Assembly: GCF_000009045.1 (NCBI RefSeq)
Contig: NC_000964.3
Span: 2,610,001 to 2,642,000 of the forward strand
Origin: Bacillus subtilis subsp. subtilis str. 168
GTDB taxonomy: Bacteria > Bacillota > Bacilli > Bacillales > Bacillaceae
Direction of reading: 5' to 3'
Length of the DNA: 32,000 nt
The position numbers and the translations under genes are program-made. The notes beneath the pieces were generated by a model. It saw only the letters and a list, made by a program, of their open reading frames with translations. It was not told the origin of the DNA and searched no databases. Shown in pieces: positions 10,371 to 20,910 of this stretch (positions are counted from its first letter, which is position 1; each line of letters starts with the position of its first letter).

Positions 10371-10544
10371 TTAGAATTTGCGTTTTCTAGCAGCTTCAGA
10401 CTTTTTCTTGCGCTTTACGCTAGGTTTTTCATAAAATTCACGCTTTCTTGCTTCTTGCAAAGTACCTGTCTTTGATACACTGCGTTTGAAGCGACGAAGA
10501 GCATCTTCAAGCGATTCGTTTTTTCTAACGACCGTTTTTGACAT
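10371..10544 (-). CDS. rpsU: 30S ribosomal protein S21
   Basis: I trimmed the ORF-track ORF (74 aa) to ATG 10542-10544, giving 57 aa ([21 protein letters not shown]...). GGAGGGAGGGAAAGAGA lies immediately upstream. Confidence 0.96.
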
Positions 10545-10613
10545 TCTCTTTCCCTCCCTCCGAATACACCAATCGACTACCTTTAAGTTACACATATAAA
10601 CATGTACTTTGAC

Positions 10614-10642
10614 ATTATAATATAAGCCATCAGTCAGGTCAA
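10614..10642 (-). promoter_or_regulatory. SigA promoter of rpsU-yqeY
   Basis: TTGACC (10637-10642), a 17-nt spacer, then TATAAT (10614-10619). It implies a leader of about 60 nt. Confidence 0.8.
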
Positions 10643-10716
10643 CTAAGTGAGTTCACTTTTCCGTCATGAGTGCGACTGCCTGTCTATATAATGAAAGAAA
10701 GGGGTTGGTGAATAGG

Positions 10717-11640
10717 ATGTTAATTCTGATTAGCTTTACTGCTCTTATATTATTCTTTCTCGCAGGCATGAACATGCTTCGAAAGGGCTTAATTTCAATG
10801 GCGTACTCAAAAATTGAAGAACGTTTGCTTTTATTTACAGACCATCCGTTAAAAGCGTTTCTTATCAGTATTGTATTTACGGGGATACTTCAGAGCAGCT
10901 CAGCCTTTATGGTCATTGTCATCGGCTTTGTAAGTGCGGGCGTTCTTTCTTTTAAGCGGACGATCCCGATGATTCTGGGGACAAATGTTGGCTCTACTTT
11001 TACAACTGAATTTATTGCTATCAAAATGGATATTGTGATTTGGGTTCTTTTAATAGGAGGTTTATTGTTTTTTCTGACTGGCAGGTATCCTTTGAAACAG
11101 CTGGGAACAAGCTTCCTTGGACTGGGCATCATCTTCTTTTGCATCAGCGGATTCAGCCATCTTGCCGGGCCGCTGACAAAGCTGAAAACGGGCGCCGACG
11201 TTCTATACCATGTTAACGATTCAAACTGGTCCGCTTTGCTCATCGGCATGGTGTTAACTGCCATCATTCACTCCAGTTCTGTCTGTATCGGCATTTTGAT
11301 GAGTTTTATGAATGAAGGGATTATCGGACTGACACAGGCGATGAGCGTCGTACTCGGATCAAATATCGGGACATGCATTACAGCTGTCATGGCTGCTGTA
11401 TCCGGCGGATATGCGGCGAAACAGACAGCATATGCCCATGTGGTATTTAACGTGCTAGGGGTGGCTCTAGTATTGCCTTTTCTGACCGCAGCGACCGGCT
11501 TTGTAGAGCAGTTATCACCTGATCCCGCACAAAAGATCGCGCATTTCAGCCTTTTATTTAATGTGGTGACAGCTCTTTTATTTCTTCCGCTTACAAACTT
11601 GTTTTACCGATTGATTCACCTTCTTATCCCGGCTAAATAA
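10717..11640 (+). CDS. yqeW: Na+/phosphate cotransporter-family membrane protein
   Basis: I trimmed the start to ATG 10717-10719 (307 aa), which is preceded by AAAGGGG. The protein is polytopic, with the duplicated motif typical of the PNaS family (QSSSA... and HSSSV...). Confidence 0.9.
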   Translation: MLILISFTALILFFLAGMNMLRKGLISMAYSKIEERLLLFTDHPLKAFLISIVFTGILQSSSAFMVIVIGFVSAGVLSFKRTIPMILGTNVGSTFTTEFIAIKMDIVIWVLLIGGLLFFLTGRYPLKQLGTSFLGLGIIFFCISGFSHLAGPLTKLKTGADVLYHVNDSNWSALLIGMVLTAIIHSSSVCIGILMSFMNEGIIGLTQAMSVVLGSNIGTCITAVMAAVSGGYAAKQTAYAHVVFNVLGVALVLPFLTAATGFVEQLSPDPAQKIAHFSLLFNVVTALLFLPLTNLFYRLIHLLIPAK

Positions 11641-11673
11641 AAAAATCGGTACATTTTAATGCACCGATTTTTT
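11641..11673. terminator. bidirectional terminator between convergent yqeW and mtaB
   Basis: Stem ATCGGTAC / GCACCGAT (11645-11652 / 11661-11668) with one mismatch. It is flanked by an A-run on the left and a T-run (11668-11673) on the right, so it can serve both strands. Confidence 0.8.
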
Positions 11674-11676
11674 AGG

Positions 11677-13032
11677 TTAAGAAGACAAACGCATGTGTTC
11701 AGTTATTTCATCCTCAACCACACGGACAAACTGTCCTTCGTTGTAAGGATAACCTGCTTTTAGGATTTTGACTTTTACGATTTTGCCGATCATATCTTCC
11801 GTACCTTTGAAAACAACCTTCATATAATTGTCTGTGTAACCGACAAACATATTTTCTTCTTCTGTTTCCTTAAACGCTTCCTCAGGGATAATCTCAAGCA
11901 CTTCATTTTCATACTGAGAAGCGTATTCTTTTGCAAGCTGGTCAGAAAGAGCAATCAGGCGGTGCACACGTTCGTTTTTCACGTTTTCATCCACTTGGTC
12001 TTCCATTCGTGCAGCTGGTGTTCCTGTACGCTTACTGTAAGGGAAAACATGCAGCTCAGAGAATTTATGTTCTTTAATAAAGTTATAGGTTTCCATAAAT
12101 TCTTCTTCTGTTTCTCCAGGGAACCCGACGATGACATCAGAAGTAACAGCTAAGCCTGGCAGTGCTTTTTTCAATTTATTTAAACGGTCTGCAAAGAATT
12201 CCATTGTATATTTGCGTCTCATCCGTTTAAGCACTGTGTTTGATCCGGATTGGATAGGAATATGCAAATGATTCACTATCTTATCTGAGCGGTCTAAGAC
12301 CTCGATCACTTCGTCAGTGATTTGGCTGGCTTCGATTGAAGAAATTCTGATCCGTTTCACGCCTTCCACACGGGTGTCTAATTCGCTCAAAAGCTTCGCG
12401 AAGTTGTAATCTTTCATATCTTCGCCGTAGCCGCCTGTATGAATACCCGTAAGAACAATTTCCTTATATCCGGCATCGACAAGCTGCTGCGCTTGTTTAA
12501 TGACTTCTTCAGGGTCGCGGGAGCGGAGCAGGCCTCTCGCCCACGGAATGATACAGAATGTGCAGAAATTATTGCAGCCCTCCTGTATTTTCAATGACGC
12601 TCTTGTGCGGTCCGTGAAAGCAGGCACATCAAGCTCTTCATATACTCTTGCTTTCATGATGTTGCTGACGCCATTAATCGGCTGGCGTTCTTCTCGGTAT
12701 TGGTCAATGTAGCCAAGCATTTTTTCACGGTCCTGTGTTCCGACTACAATGTCGACACCGGGGATCGCCATAATCTCAGCAGGTGAGGTTTGCGCGTAGC
12801 AGCCTGTGACACAGATGACACCGTCAGGATTTTGACGAATGGCGCGTCTGATCACTTGGCGGCTTTTTTTATCTCCCGTATTTGTAACCGTACATGTATT
12901 AATGACATATACATCAGCTGTTTGTTCAAAGTCTCTTCTTTCATAGCCCGCTTCTTTGAAAAGCTGCCAGATTGCTTCTGTTTCATAATGGTTGACTTTA
13001 CAGCCAAGCGTATGGAAAGCAACAGTTGCCAT
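11677..13032 (-). CDS. mtaB: radical-SAM methylthiotransferase (tRNA ms2t6A, MtaB)
   Basis: 451 aa. N-terminal MTTase domain, radical-SAM CNNFCTFC (CxxxCxxC) and a C-terminal TRAM-like domain. The ATG shares one base with the rsmE stop (TAATG at 13030-13034). Confidence 0.94.
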   Translation of the reverse strand: MATVAFHTLGCKVNHYETEAIWQLFKEAGYERRDFEQTADVYVINTCTVTNTGDKKSRQVIRRAIRQNPDGVICVTGCYAQTSPAEIMAIPGVDIVVGTQDREKMLGYIDQYREERQPINGVSNIMKARVYEELDVPAFTDRTRASLKIQEGCNNFCTFCIIPWARGLLRSRDPEEVIKQAQQLVDAGYKEIVLTGIHTGGYGEDMKDYNFAKLLSELDTRVEGVKRIRISSIEASQITDEVIEVLDRSDKIVNHLHIPIQSGSNTVLKRMRRKYTMEFFADRLNKLKKALPGLAVTSDVIVGFPGETEEEFMETYNFIKEHKFSELHVFPYSKRTGTPAARMEDQVDENVKNERVHRLIALSDQLAKEYASQYENEVLEIIPEEAFKETEEENMFVGYTDNYMKVVFKGTEDMIGKIVKVKILKAGYPYNEGQFVRVVEDEITEHMRLSS

Positions 13033-13802
13033 TACTGATCACCTCTTAATAACTCTGTTTGATAAGAAATCGCACTCAACGCGTATAGCGGAGCGGTTTC
13101 TGTCCTTAAAATTCTCGGTCCAAGGCCGCACGTCACACCGTCTTGCTCTGTGAGCCGTTCAACCTCCGCTTCTGTTAAACCGCCTTCGGGACCAAATACG
13201 ATCAATAGAGATGATCCTTTCGGAAGGCTGCTTACAATCGCGCTGAATGCGCTTATTTCCCCTTGCTTCGATGACTCCTCGTATGCAACGACACATTTAT
13301 CGAAATCCTGCATCCTTTGAAGAAGCTGCTGAAAAGAATGGACATCCATCACTCGCGGCACTTCGTTACGGTACGATTGCTCAGCCGCTTCCTTCGCAAT
13401 TTTCGTCCATCTTTCCCGCTTTTTCTTTGCCTTTTTGTCATCCAGCTTGACAACAGAACGCGCGGCTTGGAAAGGAATAAAGGCATGAGCTCCGAGCTCA
13501 GTCCCCTTTTGGATAATCCATTCAAGCTTATCTCCTTTCGGAAGGCCGCTCGCAATATAGACCTTTATCGGAAGCTCTCTGTTTTCATTCGTCCATTCTA
13601 TCACAAGGCAGGACACTTTATCTTTGGAAACAGATTGAAGTTCACATTTTGCCTCGAAGCCGTCTTGAGAGCAGCAGATAATCTGATCTCCCTCATTCAT
13701 TCTCATCACGTTCACAATATGATGAACTTCTTCGCCGGTAATCGAAAAAGTCGGCGCTTCCTCTATTTGCTGCTTCGTGAGCTCGATAAAATATCGTTGC
13801 AT
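13032..13802 (-). CDS. rsmE: 16S rRNA m3U methyltransferase RsmE family
   Basis: The ORF-track start (GTG 13814) is replaced by ATG 13800-13802 (256 aa), which has AGGTG 9 nt upstream. The protein has a PUA-like N-terminus and a SPOUT C-terminus (GPEGG). Confidence 0.9.
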   Translation of the reverse strand: MQRYFIELTKQQIEEAPTFSITGEEVHHIVNVMRMNEGDQIICCSQDGFEAKCELQSVSKDKVSCLVIEWTNENRELPIKVYIASGLPKGDKLEWIIQKGTELGAHAFIPFQAARSVVKLDDKKAKKKRERWTKIAKEAAEQSYRNEVPRVMDVHSFQQLLQRMQDFDKCVVAYEESSKQGEISAFSAIVSSLPKGSSLLIVFGPEGGLTEAEVERLTEQDGVTCGLGPRILRTETAPLYALSAISYQTELLRGDQ

Positions 13803-13824
13803 ACGCTGTGACACCTACTAACTG

Positions 13825-14760
13825 TTATTTTTTCGCAATAATGCTGACCCAATCTTCCATTGAAAGGATTTCTACAATGGTAAAGCCAGCTTGTTCCAGT
13901 GCTTCTTTTACTTCTTGTTTTTTATGACCGATGATTCCTGACGTAATAAAGTGACCGCCTTCTTTTAACAGGCTGTACGCTTGTGAAGTAAAGCGAAGAA
14001 TGACTTCAGCCAAAATGTTGGCCACAATCACATCATGTTCCCCTTCAATCCCGTCTAACAAATTGTTTTGCTTCACTTGAGCAATATCGCTGACTTTGTT
14101 CAGCTTGAGATTGAGGCGTGCACTTTCTACAGCCACGGGATCAAGATCGTAGGCATGAACCGATTCAGCCTCAAGCATTGCAGCCGCAATACTTAAAATT
14201 CCCGAACCAGTGCCGACATCAATCACCTTATCACCCTTTTGCACAAAGCGTTCAAGCGCCTGAATGCAGAGTACGGTTGTCGGATGTGTCCCTGTGCCGA
14301 AAGCCATTCCCGGGTCCATTTCAATAATCAGTTCATCAGTATGGACCGGCGTATATTCCTCCCACGTCGGCACAATTGTAAACTTTTCAGAAATTTTCAC
14401 AGGATGATAATACTTTTTCCAGGCAGTCGCCCACTCTTCTTCATTTACTTCAGAAATAGTGATGTGGTTTCTGCCCAAATCAATATTGTAAAGAAGGAGA
14501 TTATTAATCGTTTCTTTGATGCCGTCTACAGTTTCGCCCAGAAAACTGTTAACCGGCAGATATGCTTTGACAATGACACCCTCATCTGGGTAATCATTGG
14601 GGTCGAGCTGGTAGATTTCCCCGTACACATTCTCACGTTCTTTAATTAAATCAAGCGGGTCCTCTATCACAACCCCACTTGCACCAGCTTCATGCAATAT
14701 ATTTGAGATAGGTTCGACCGCTTCATGTGTTGTGTGAATGCTTAATTCGGACCATTTCAA
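13825..14760 (-). CDS. prmA: ribosomal protein L11 methyltransferase
   Basis: I re-set the start to TTG 14758-14760 (311 aa, [11 protein letters not shown]...) because GAGGAG (14770-14775) lies 9 nt upstream. SAM-binding motif DVGTGSGIL. Confidence 0.92.
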   Translation of the reverse strand: MKWSELSIHTTHEAVEPISNILHEAGASGVVIEDPLDLIKERENVYGEIYQLDPNDYPDEGVIVKAYLPVNSFLGETVDGIKETINNLLLYNIDLGRNHITISEVNEEEWATAWKKYYHPVKISEKFTIVPTWEEYTPVHTDELIIEMDPGMAFGTGTHPTTVLCIQALERFVQKGDKVIDVGTGSGILSIAAAMLEAESVHAYDLDPVAVESARLNLKLNKVSDIAQVKQNNLLDGIEGEHDVIVANILAEVILRFTSQAYSLLKEGGHFITSGIIGHKKQEVKEALEQAGFTIVEILSMEDWVSIIAKK

Positions 14761-14784
14761 AACTACCAACTCCTCATCCAATAA

Positions 14785-15912
14785 TTAATCGCCTTTAAAC
14801 GCGCGTTTTACCTTGTCAAAGAAACTCATTTCCTGTTCGTCAGGCAGGTTTCCGCTGACTTCGGCAAATTCGCGGATAATGTCTTTTTGTTTATCAGTCA
14901 GATTTGTCGGCGTAACGACGCGGACGACGATATGCTGGTCACCCTGTCCATAGCCTCTGACATTTTGAACGCCTTTGCCTCTTAATCTGAATTTCGTTCC
15001 TGTTTGTGTACCGGCCGGAATTTTCAATTTCACTTTTCCATGCAGCGTCGGCACTTCTACCTCATCTCCAAGAGCAGCCTGAGCAAACGTTAACGGCATT
15101 TCACAGTAAATATCATCGCCGTCACGCTCGAAGAACTCGTGTGCGCGTACATGGAACACGACAAATAAATCCCCGGCAGGGCCGCCGTTTATTCCTGGTT
15201 CACCCTGTCCCGAGAGACGAAGCTGCTGCCCGTCATCTACACCGGCTGGAATTGTCACATTGATTTTCTTGCGTTTTTTGATTTTTCCTTTGCCGCCGCA
15301 GTCCGCACATTTGTTTTTAATGATTTTGCCTGTACCTTCACAGTGGTGGCAGACCCGTCTGTTAACGACTTTTCCAAACGGTGTATTTTGCTCCACGTTT
15401 AACTGGCCGGAGCCTCCGCAGTGGGAGCATGTTTCTGGATTTGTTCCAGGTTTCGCACCTGAGCCTTTACATGTTTCGCACGTTTCCTCGCGGGGAATTT
15501 CGATGGTTGTTTCTTTACCGAAAGCCGCATCCTCAAACGACAGGGTCATCGTATACTGTAAATCAGCACCCTGGCGCGGAGCGTTTGGATCTCTTCGTCT
15601 TGTGCCTCCGCCGAATATACTTGAGAAAATATCATCGAAACCAAAACCGCCGAAATCGCCGCCGCCAAAACCTCCGCCGCCGAAGCCTTGGTTAGGGTCA
15701 GTGTGACCAAATTGATCGTAATGCGCACGTTTTTGGTCATCTGACAGCGTTTCGTATGCTTCTTTTACCTCTTTAAATTTTTCATCTGATCCGGCTTCTT
15801 TGTTAATATCAGGATGATATTTTTTTGACAGCTTCCGATAAGCTTTTTTAATTTCATCCTTTGAAGCGCTCTTACTTACTCCCAGCACTTCATAGTAATC
15901 ACGCTTACTCAT
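14785..15912 (-). CDS. dnaJ: co-chaperone DnaJ (Hsp40)
   Basis: 375 aa. J-domain with HPD (KYHPDINK), a G/F-rich linker and four CxxCxGxG zinc-finger repeats. Confidence 0.98.
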
Positions 15913-15948
15913 CTCGCTTCACTCTCCCGAATTTCTCACATAAATTAG

Positions 15949-15978
15949 ATTGTATCATTTTGAATTATGATTTTTCAA
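15949..15978 (-). promoter_or_regulatory. internal SigA promoter upstream of dnaJ
   Basis: TTGAAA (15973-15978), an 18-nt spacer, then an extended -10 TGaTACAAT (15949-15957). It lies just downstream of the dnaK terminator. Confidence 0.7.
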
Positions 15979-15995
15979 TTCCTTTTATCCCGGGC

Positions 15996-16035
15996 AAGAA
16001 AAAAAGTCAAAGCCAAGAGATGCCTGACTTTGACT
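15996..16035 (-). terminator. intrinsic terminator downstream of dnaK
   Basis: Perfect 8-bp stem AGUCAAAG / CUUUGACU (16028-16035 / 16005-16012 on the plus strand) with a 15-nt loop, followed by UUUUUUCUU. Confidence 0.8.
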
Positions 16036-16065
16036 TTCTAATCATTGAATCAGATTATGAAATGT

Positions 16066-16111
16066 GTTCTTTTCGGTCAGCTCCGGAAGCGGGGCTGACA
16101 CTAAAAAGAAC
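16066..16111 (-). other. long interrupted RNA hairpin abutting the dnaK stop codon
   Basis: Outer 8 bp GUUCUUUU / AAAAGAAC (16104-16111 / 16066-16073) plus inner 6 bp GUCAGC / GCUGAC (16094-16099 / 16076-16081). No U-tract follows. Confidence 0.6.
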
Positions 16112-17962
<1,851 letters not shown>

Positions 17963-17970
17963 CTATGTAA

Positions 17971-18534
17971 TTATTGATTCACTTTGACCATGGAAGGGCG
18001 AATGACGCGATCCTTCAGCTTATAGCCTTTTTGCATTTCCTCAACAACAATGTTGGAGCCGTAGTTTTCGTCTTCAGCCTGCATAACAGCTTGGTGCAGA
18101 TTAGGATCAAATTCCTGCCCTACAGCTTCGATGGCTTCGACGCCTTCTTTTTTCAAGGCTTCTACGAGCTGACGGTGGACCATTTCCATTCCCTGGAGCA
18201 AACTTTTCGTCTGTTCATTGTCGGCTTCAACCTGAAGCGCTCGTTCAAAACTGTCAAGAGCCGGCAGCAAATCAGTCACGATATTTTGAGAACGGTATTT
18301 TTGGGACGCTTCCATCTCTAAACGGCTGCGTCGTTTATAGTTTTCAAAGTCTGCTTGAACACGCAAAAGTTTGTTTTCTTTTTCCTCAAGCAAACCTTGC
18401 AATTCGTTAATTTGGTTTTGAAGAAGTTCGCTTTCATTTGTTTCTTCCTGCTGTTCATCAGCGGCAGCTTGTTCTTCAATGATTTCTTGCTCTTCTGTTT
18501 CGTTTTGTTCAACGGTTTGTTTTTCTTCTGACAT
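17971..18534 (-). CDS. grpE: nucleotide exchange factor GrpE
   Basis: I trimmed the start to ATG 18532-18534 (187 aa), which is preceded by GGAGGTG. Acidic N-terminus followed by a coiled coil and a beta domain. Confidence 0.96.
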   Translation of the reverse strand: MSEEKQTVEQNETEEQEIIEEQAAADEQQEETNESELLQNQINELQGLLEEKENKLLRVQADFENYKRRSRLEMEASQKYRSQNIVTDLLPALDSFERALQVEADNEQTKSLLQGMEMVHRQLVEALKKEGVEAIEAVGQEFDPNLHQAVMQAEDENYGSNIVVEEMQKGYKLKDRVIRPSMVKVNQ

Positions 18535-18562
18535 TGTGTTCACCTCCCTCAAAGTGTAAGGA

Positions 18563-18583
18563 GAAGGACAGGTGCTGCCCTTC
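18563..18583 (-). other. stem-loop in the hrcA-grpE intergenic region
   Basis: 8-bp stem GAAGGGCA / UGUCCUUC with a 5-nt loop. The G.U position would be an A.C mismatch on the plus strand, so the structure is specific to the transcribed strand. No U-tract follows. Confidence 0.5.
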
Positions 18584-18605
18584 GATAAAATTTGCCAAAA
18601 TTCCC

Positions 18606-19637
18606 TTATTCATCATACAGACTTGTTAATGCTTTTGACAAGTCCGAAGTCACATGCTGAAGCAGGCTGACAACCCTGGAATAATTCATGCGGGTCGGGC
18701 CGATAATCGCAATTGAGCCGATCTGCTTCTGGTCTACGGAATAAGAAGCCGTAATCAGACTGCAATTTTCCATCTCTTCATAGTCGTTTTCTTTTCCGAT
18801 TTTAATCGAAATTCCCGTGTGCGGGGATTGAACCAGCTTTAAAACATCCTGTTCTTTCTCAATTAATGAAAGCAGCGACCGAACTCGGGTGATATCATGG
18901 AACTCAGGCTGGTTCAGCATATTGATTTTCCCGCCAAAAAACAACTTTTCAACGTGATTTGTGGAATGAAAGGTTGAACGAAGCGCGTCGAGTATATTGT
19001 CATAGTTTTTAATGTGCTGTCTTAGGTACATGACAACTTCTTTAAATATGCGCTCATTCAGTTCATCCATTGGAACGCCGCTTAAACGGTCGTTCAGTAT
19101 ATTTACCAGTTTTTCAATATCAGACAGATCCATTTTGGTCGGAAAGTTAATCGTTTTGTTTTCCACATGCCCCGTATTGGTAACGAGAATCGCTACCGCC
19201 ATATCAGGCTGAATCGGAATGATTTGAATCTGTTTAAGGTAATTCTCACTCAACTTCGGCCCGAGTACGATGGATGTGTAATTCGTCAGATCGGACAAAA
19301 TTTGCGCTGATTTTTGAACTGTCTTCTCCAGCTCGAAAATTTTCTCTTTGAAGATCGAGTGGATTTGGTCCAGGTCGCTTTTCGTCAATTTGACGGGTGA
19401 CAGCAAATGGTCAACATAGTACCGATACCCTTTTTCTGACGGAACACGTCCTGAGGATGAATGGGTTTTTTCAATAAAGCCCAATTCCTCCAAGTCAGCC
19501 ATCTCGTTTCTTATTGTTGCAGAGCTAAATGTGATTTCATCTTTTTTCGAAAGAGTTCTTGATCCCACCGGCTGTGCCGATTTAATAAAATCGTTGATTA
19601 TAACCTGAAGGATCAGCAGCTGACGATTTGTTAACAT
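18606..19637 (-). CDS. hrcA: heat-inducible transcription repressor HrcA
   Basis: I placed the start at the third consecutive ATG (19635-19637; 343 aa, [13 protein letters not shown]...), which lies downstream of GAGGTG. The ORF-track extension to 19664 runs into the CIRCE operator. The N-terminus is a winged-helix domain. Confidence 0.95.
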   Translation of the reverse strand: MLTNRQLLILQVIINDFIKSAQPVGSRTLSKKDEITFSSATIRNEMADLEELGFIEKTHSSSGRVPSEKGYRYYVDHLLSPVKLTKSDLDQIHSIFKEKIFELEKTVQKSAQILSDLTNYTSIVLGPKLSENYLKQIQIIPIQPDMAVAILVTNTGHVENKTINFPTKMDLSDIEKLVNILNDRLSGVPMDELNERIFKEVVMYLRQHIKNYDNILDALRSTFHSTNHVEKLFFGGKINMLNQPEFHDITRVRSLLSLIEKEQDVLKLVQSPHTGISIKIGKENDYEEMENCSLITASYSVDQKQIGSIAIIGPTRMNYSRVVSLLQHVTSDLSKALTSLYDE

Positions 19638-19651
19638 CATCATCACCTCTG

Positions 19652-19678
19652 TTAGCACTCTCAATAAGCGAGTGCTAA
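19652..19678 (-). promoter_or_regulatory. CIRCE operator (HrcA binding site)
   Basis: Perfect TTAGCACTC-N9-GAGTGCTAA (19652-19660 / 19670-19678). It lies 15 nt upstream of the hrcA start codon. Confidence 0.97.
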
Positions 19679-19717
19679 TTCTATAACAAAAGTATCAAAC
19701 CACAAGAAAAATGTCAA
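19679..19717 (-). promoter_or_regulatory. SigA promoter of the hrcA-grpE-dnaK operon
   Basis: A consensus -35 TTGACA (19712-19717) abuts the hemN stop codon. There are two candidate -10 boxes. One is TACTTT (19689-19694) with a 17-nt spacer. The other is TAGAAT (19678-19683), paired with a weaker -35 TTGTGG (19700-19705) over a 16-nt spacer. I cannot decide between them by eye. Confidence 0.6.
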
Positions 19718-20857
19718 TTATAACTCACCCAAAAAAGCGCCAAAAACTTCATTGCCTAATAATTTCCCTTGATGAGTCAAATAAACGGCAGACTCCGAAT
19801 TGTGAATCAGCCCTTTTTCAGCGAGGTCTTTTAACACGCTTGGGAAAAGTCCATCCAGGGAACGGCCGTATTTTTCTGCGAATCGTTTTTTGCTGACACC
19901 GGCTGTTTTTCTCAAACCTAAAAACATTTCTTCCTCAATCTGTTCTTCTGTTGTCACTTCATGTGTATCTCTGTACGGAAAACCCTTTTCAGCTATCAGG
20001 TCAATGTAATGCTTAACAGGTCCGACGTTCACTGTTCGTGTGCCGCCAATATATCCGTGAGCGCCAGCTCCGAAACCGAAATATTGTTCGTTGCTCCAAT
20101 ACGTTAGATTGTGCTTAGATTCCATGCCTGCCTTAGCAAAGTTGCTGATTTCATATTGATGAATGCCGTGAGCTTCCATCTTGCTCATCACTATTTCATA
20201 CATTTCAGCTTCCTGCTCCTGCGGCGGAAGATGAAGCCGCCCTTTTTGCATCAAATTATAAAATACCGTTTTCGGTTCTACAATAAGGGAGTAAACGGAA
20301 TAATGCTCAGCGTCCAATGATAAAGCAGTGTTTATGGAATGTTCCAGATGCTTGAGGGTTTGCCCCGGAAGCCCGAACATGAGATCAAGACTGATATTCT
20401 CAAAACCGATTTCCCGCGCTCTTTCAAAAGAGGTGAATACATCTTTTTGCTTGTGCACTCGGCCGATTTTTTCTAACAGATCGTCTTCGAACGTTTGCAC
20501 ACCAAAGCTAAGGCGATTTACGCCTGCTTCTTTTAATATTTTTAATTTCTCTGCGGACAAATCGTCCGGATTCGCTTCAACCGCAAATTCCGATAAGTCG
20601 CTTGAGGGCTTTAGCACGCGGTTGATCATATCCATCAGCTTTTTAAGCTGTTCCTCAGACAGGGAGGTCGGCGTGCCTCCTCCGATAAAGATTGTTTTGA
20701 GATCAGGCTGCCCGGTTTTTGCTATTGTATTTATCATTTCCTGTTCGAGTGCGTTTAAATACTCGTCGACTGGCTGACTTTGAATAAAATATTTATTGAA
20801 ATCGCAGTAGTGGCAAATATGCTCACAAAATGGGATATGGATATAAGCTGATTTCAA
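19718..20857 (-). CDS. hemN: radical-SAM HemN-like protein (heme chaperone HemW family; annotated hemN in B. subtilis)
   Basis: CEHICHYCDF (CxxxCxxC) radical-SAM motif near the N-terminus. I set the start at TTG 20855-20857 (379 aa), which has AAGGTG 6 nt upstream. The ORF-track GTG at 20866 is part of that RBS. Confidence 0.9.
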   Translation of the reverse strand: MKSAYIHIPFCEHICHYCDFNKYFIQSQPVDEYLNALEQEMINTIAKTGQPDLKTIFIGGGTPTSLSEEQLKKLMDMINRVLKPSSDLSEFAVEANPDDLSAEKLKILKEAGVNRLSFGVQTFEDDLLEKIGRVHKQKDVFTSFERAREIGFENISLDLMFGLPGQTLKHLEHSINTALSLDAEHYSVYSLIVEPKTVFYNLMQKGRLHLPPQEQEAEMYEIVMSKMEAHGIHQYEISNFAKAGMESKHNLTYWSNEQYFGFGAGAHGYIGGTRTVNVGPVKHYIDLIAEKGFPYRDTHEVTTEEQIEEEMFLGLRKTAGVSKKRFAEKYGRSLDGLFPSVLKDLAEKGLIHNSESAVYLTHQGKLLGNEVFGAFLGEL

Positions 20858-20873
20858 CGGATTCACCTTCTTT

Positions 20874-20910
20874 ACAGAAAGAAGCCGCAGTACAAGACTG
20901 CGGCGGCTTC
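20874..20910 (-). terminator. weak or leaky terminator-like hairpin after lepA
   Basis: GC-rich stem (7 bp perfect, 20884-20890 / 20898-20904, plus 3 more bp across a bulge) overlapping the lepA stop. It is followed only by UUUCUGU and then the hemN RBS. Confidence 0.45.

Noticed and set aside
10607-10621. Plus-strand TTGACA immediately followed by TATAAT between rpsU and yqeW.
   Set aside because: The two hexamers are separated by 3 nt rather than about 17 nt. The TATAAT is the near-palindromic complement region of the rpsU -10. It is not a functional plus-strand promoter.
10687-10692. TATAAT as a possible yqeW -10 box.
   Set aside because: No acceptable -35 exists (TCATGA at a 17-nt spacing). 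The implied transcription start would fall on the yqeW RBS, leaving almost no leader. It is too uncertain to list as a feature.
13317-13811. 164-aa plus-strand ORF antisense to rsmE. Similar long antisense ORFs occur at 5395-5868 (157 aa), 20328-20777 (149 aa), 14239-14649 (136 aa), 10890-11267 (125 aa), 28339-28701 (120 aa), 27760-28116 (118 aa), 30526-30876 (116 aa), 17974-18321 (115 aa), 15861-16202 (113 aa), 3825-4160 (111 aa) and 21012-21338 (108 aa).
   Set aside because: These are shadow ORFs lying fully inside well-supported genes on the opposite strand. They have no RBS at their starts, their composition is low-complexity or Ser/Phe/Leu-rich as is typical of antisense frames, and I recognise no domains.
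15260-15706. Proline/lysine-rich repeat ([16 protein letters not shown]) in a 148-aa plus-strand ORF.
   Set aside because: It is simply the reverse complement of the Gly/Phe-rich linker of DnaJ ([15 protein letters not shown]). It is an artefact of antisense translation.
19638-19664. N-terminal extension of hrcA (MRVLTEVMM...) given by the ORF track.
   Set aside because: The extension would start inside the CIRCE operator and upstream of the GAGGTG Shine-Dalgarno. The third ATG (19635-19637) gives the recognised MLTNRQLL N-terminus.
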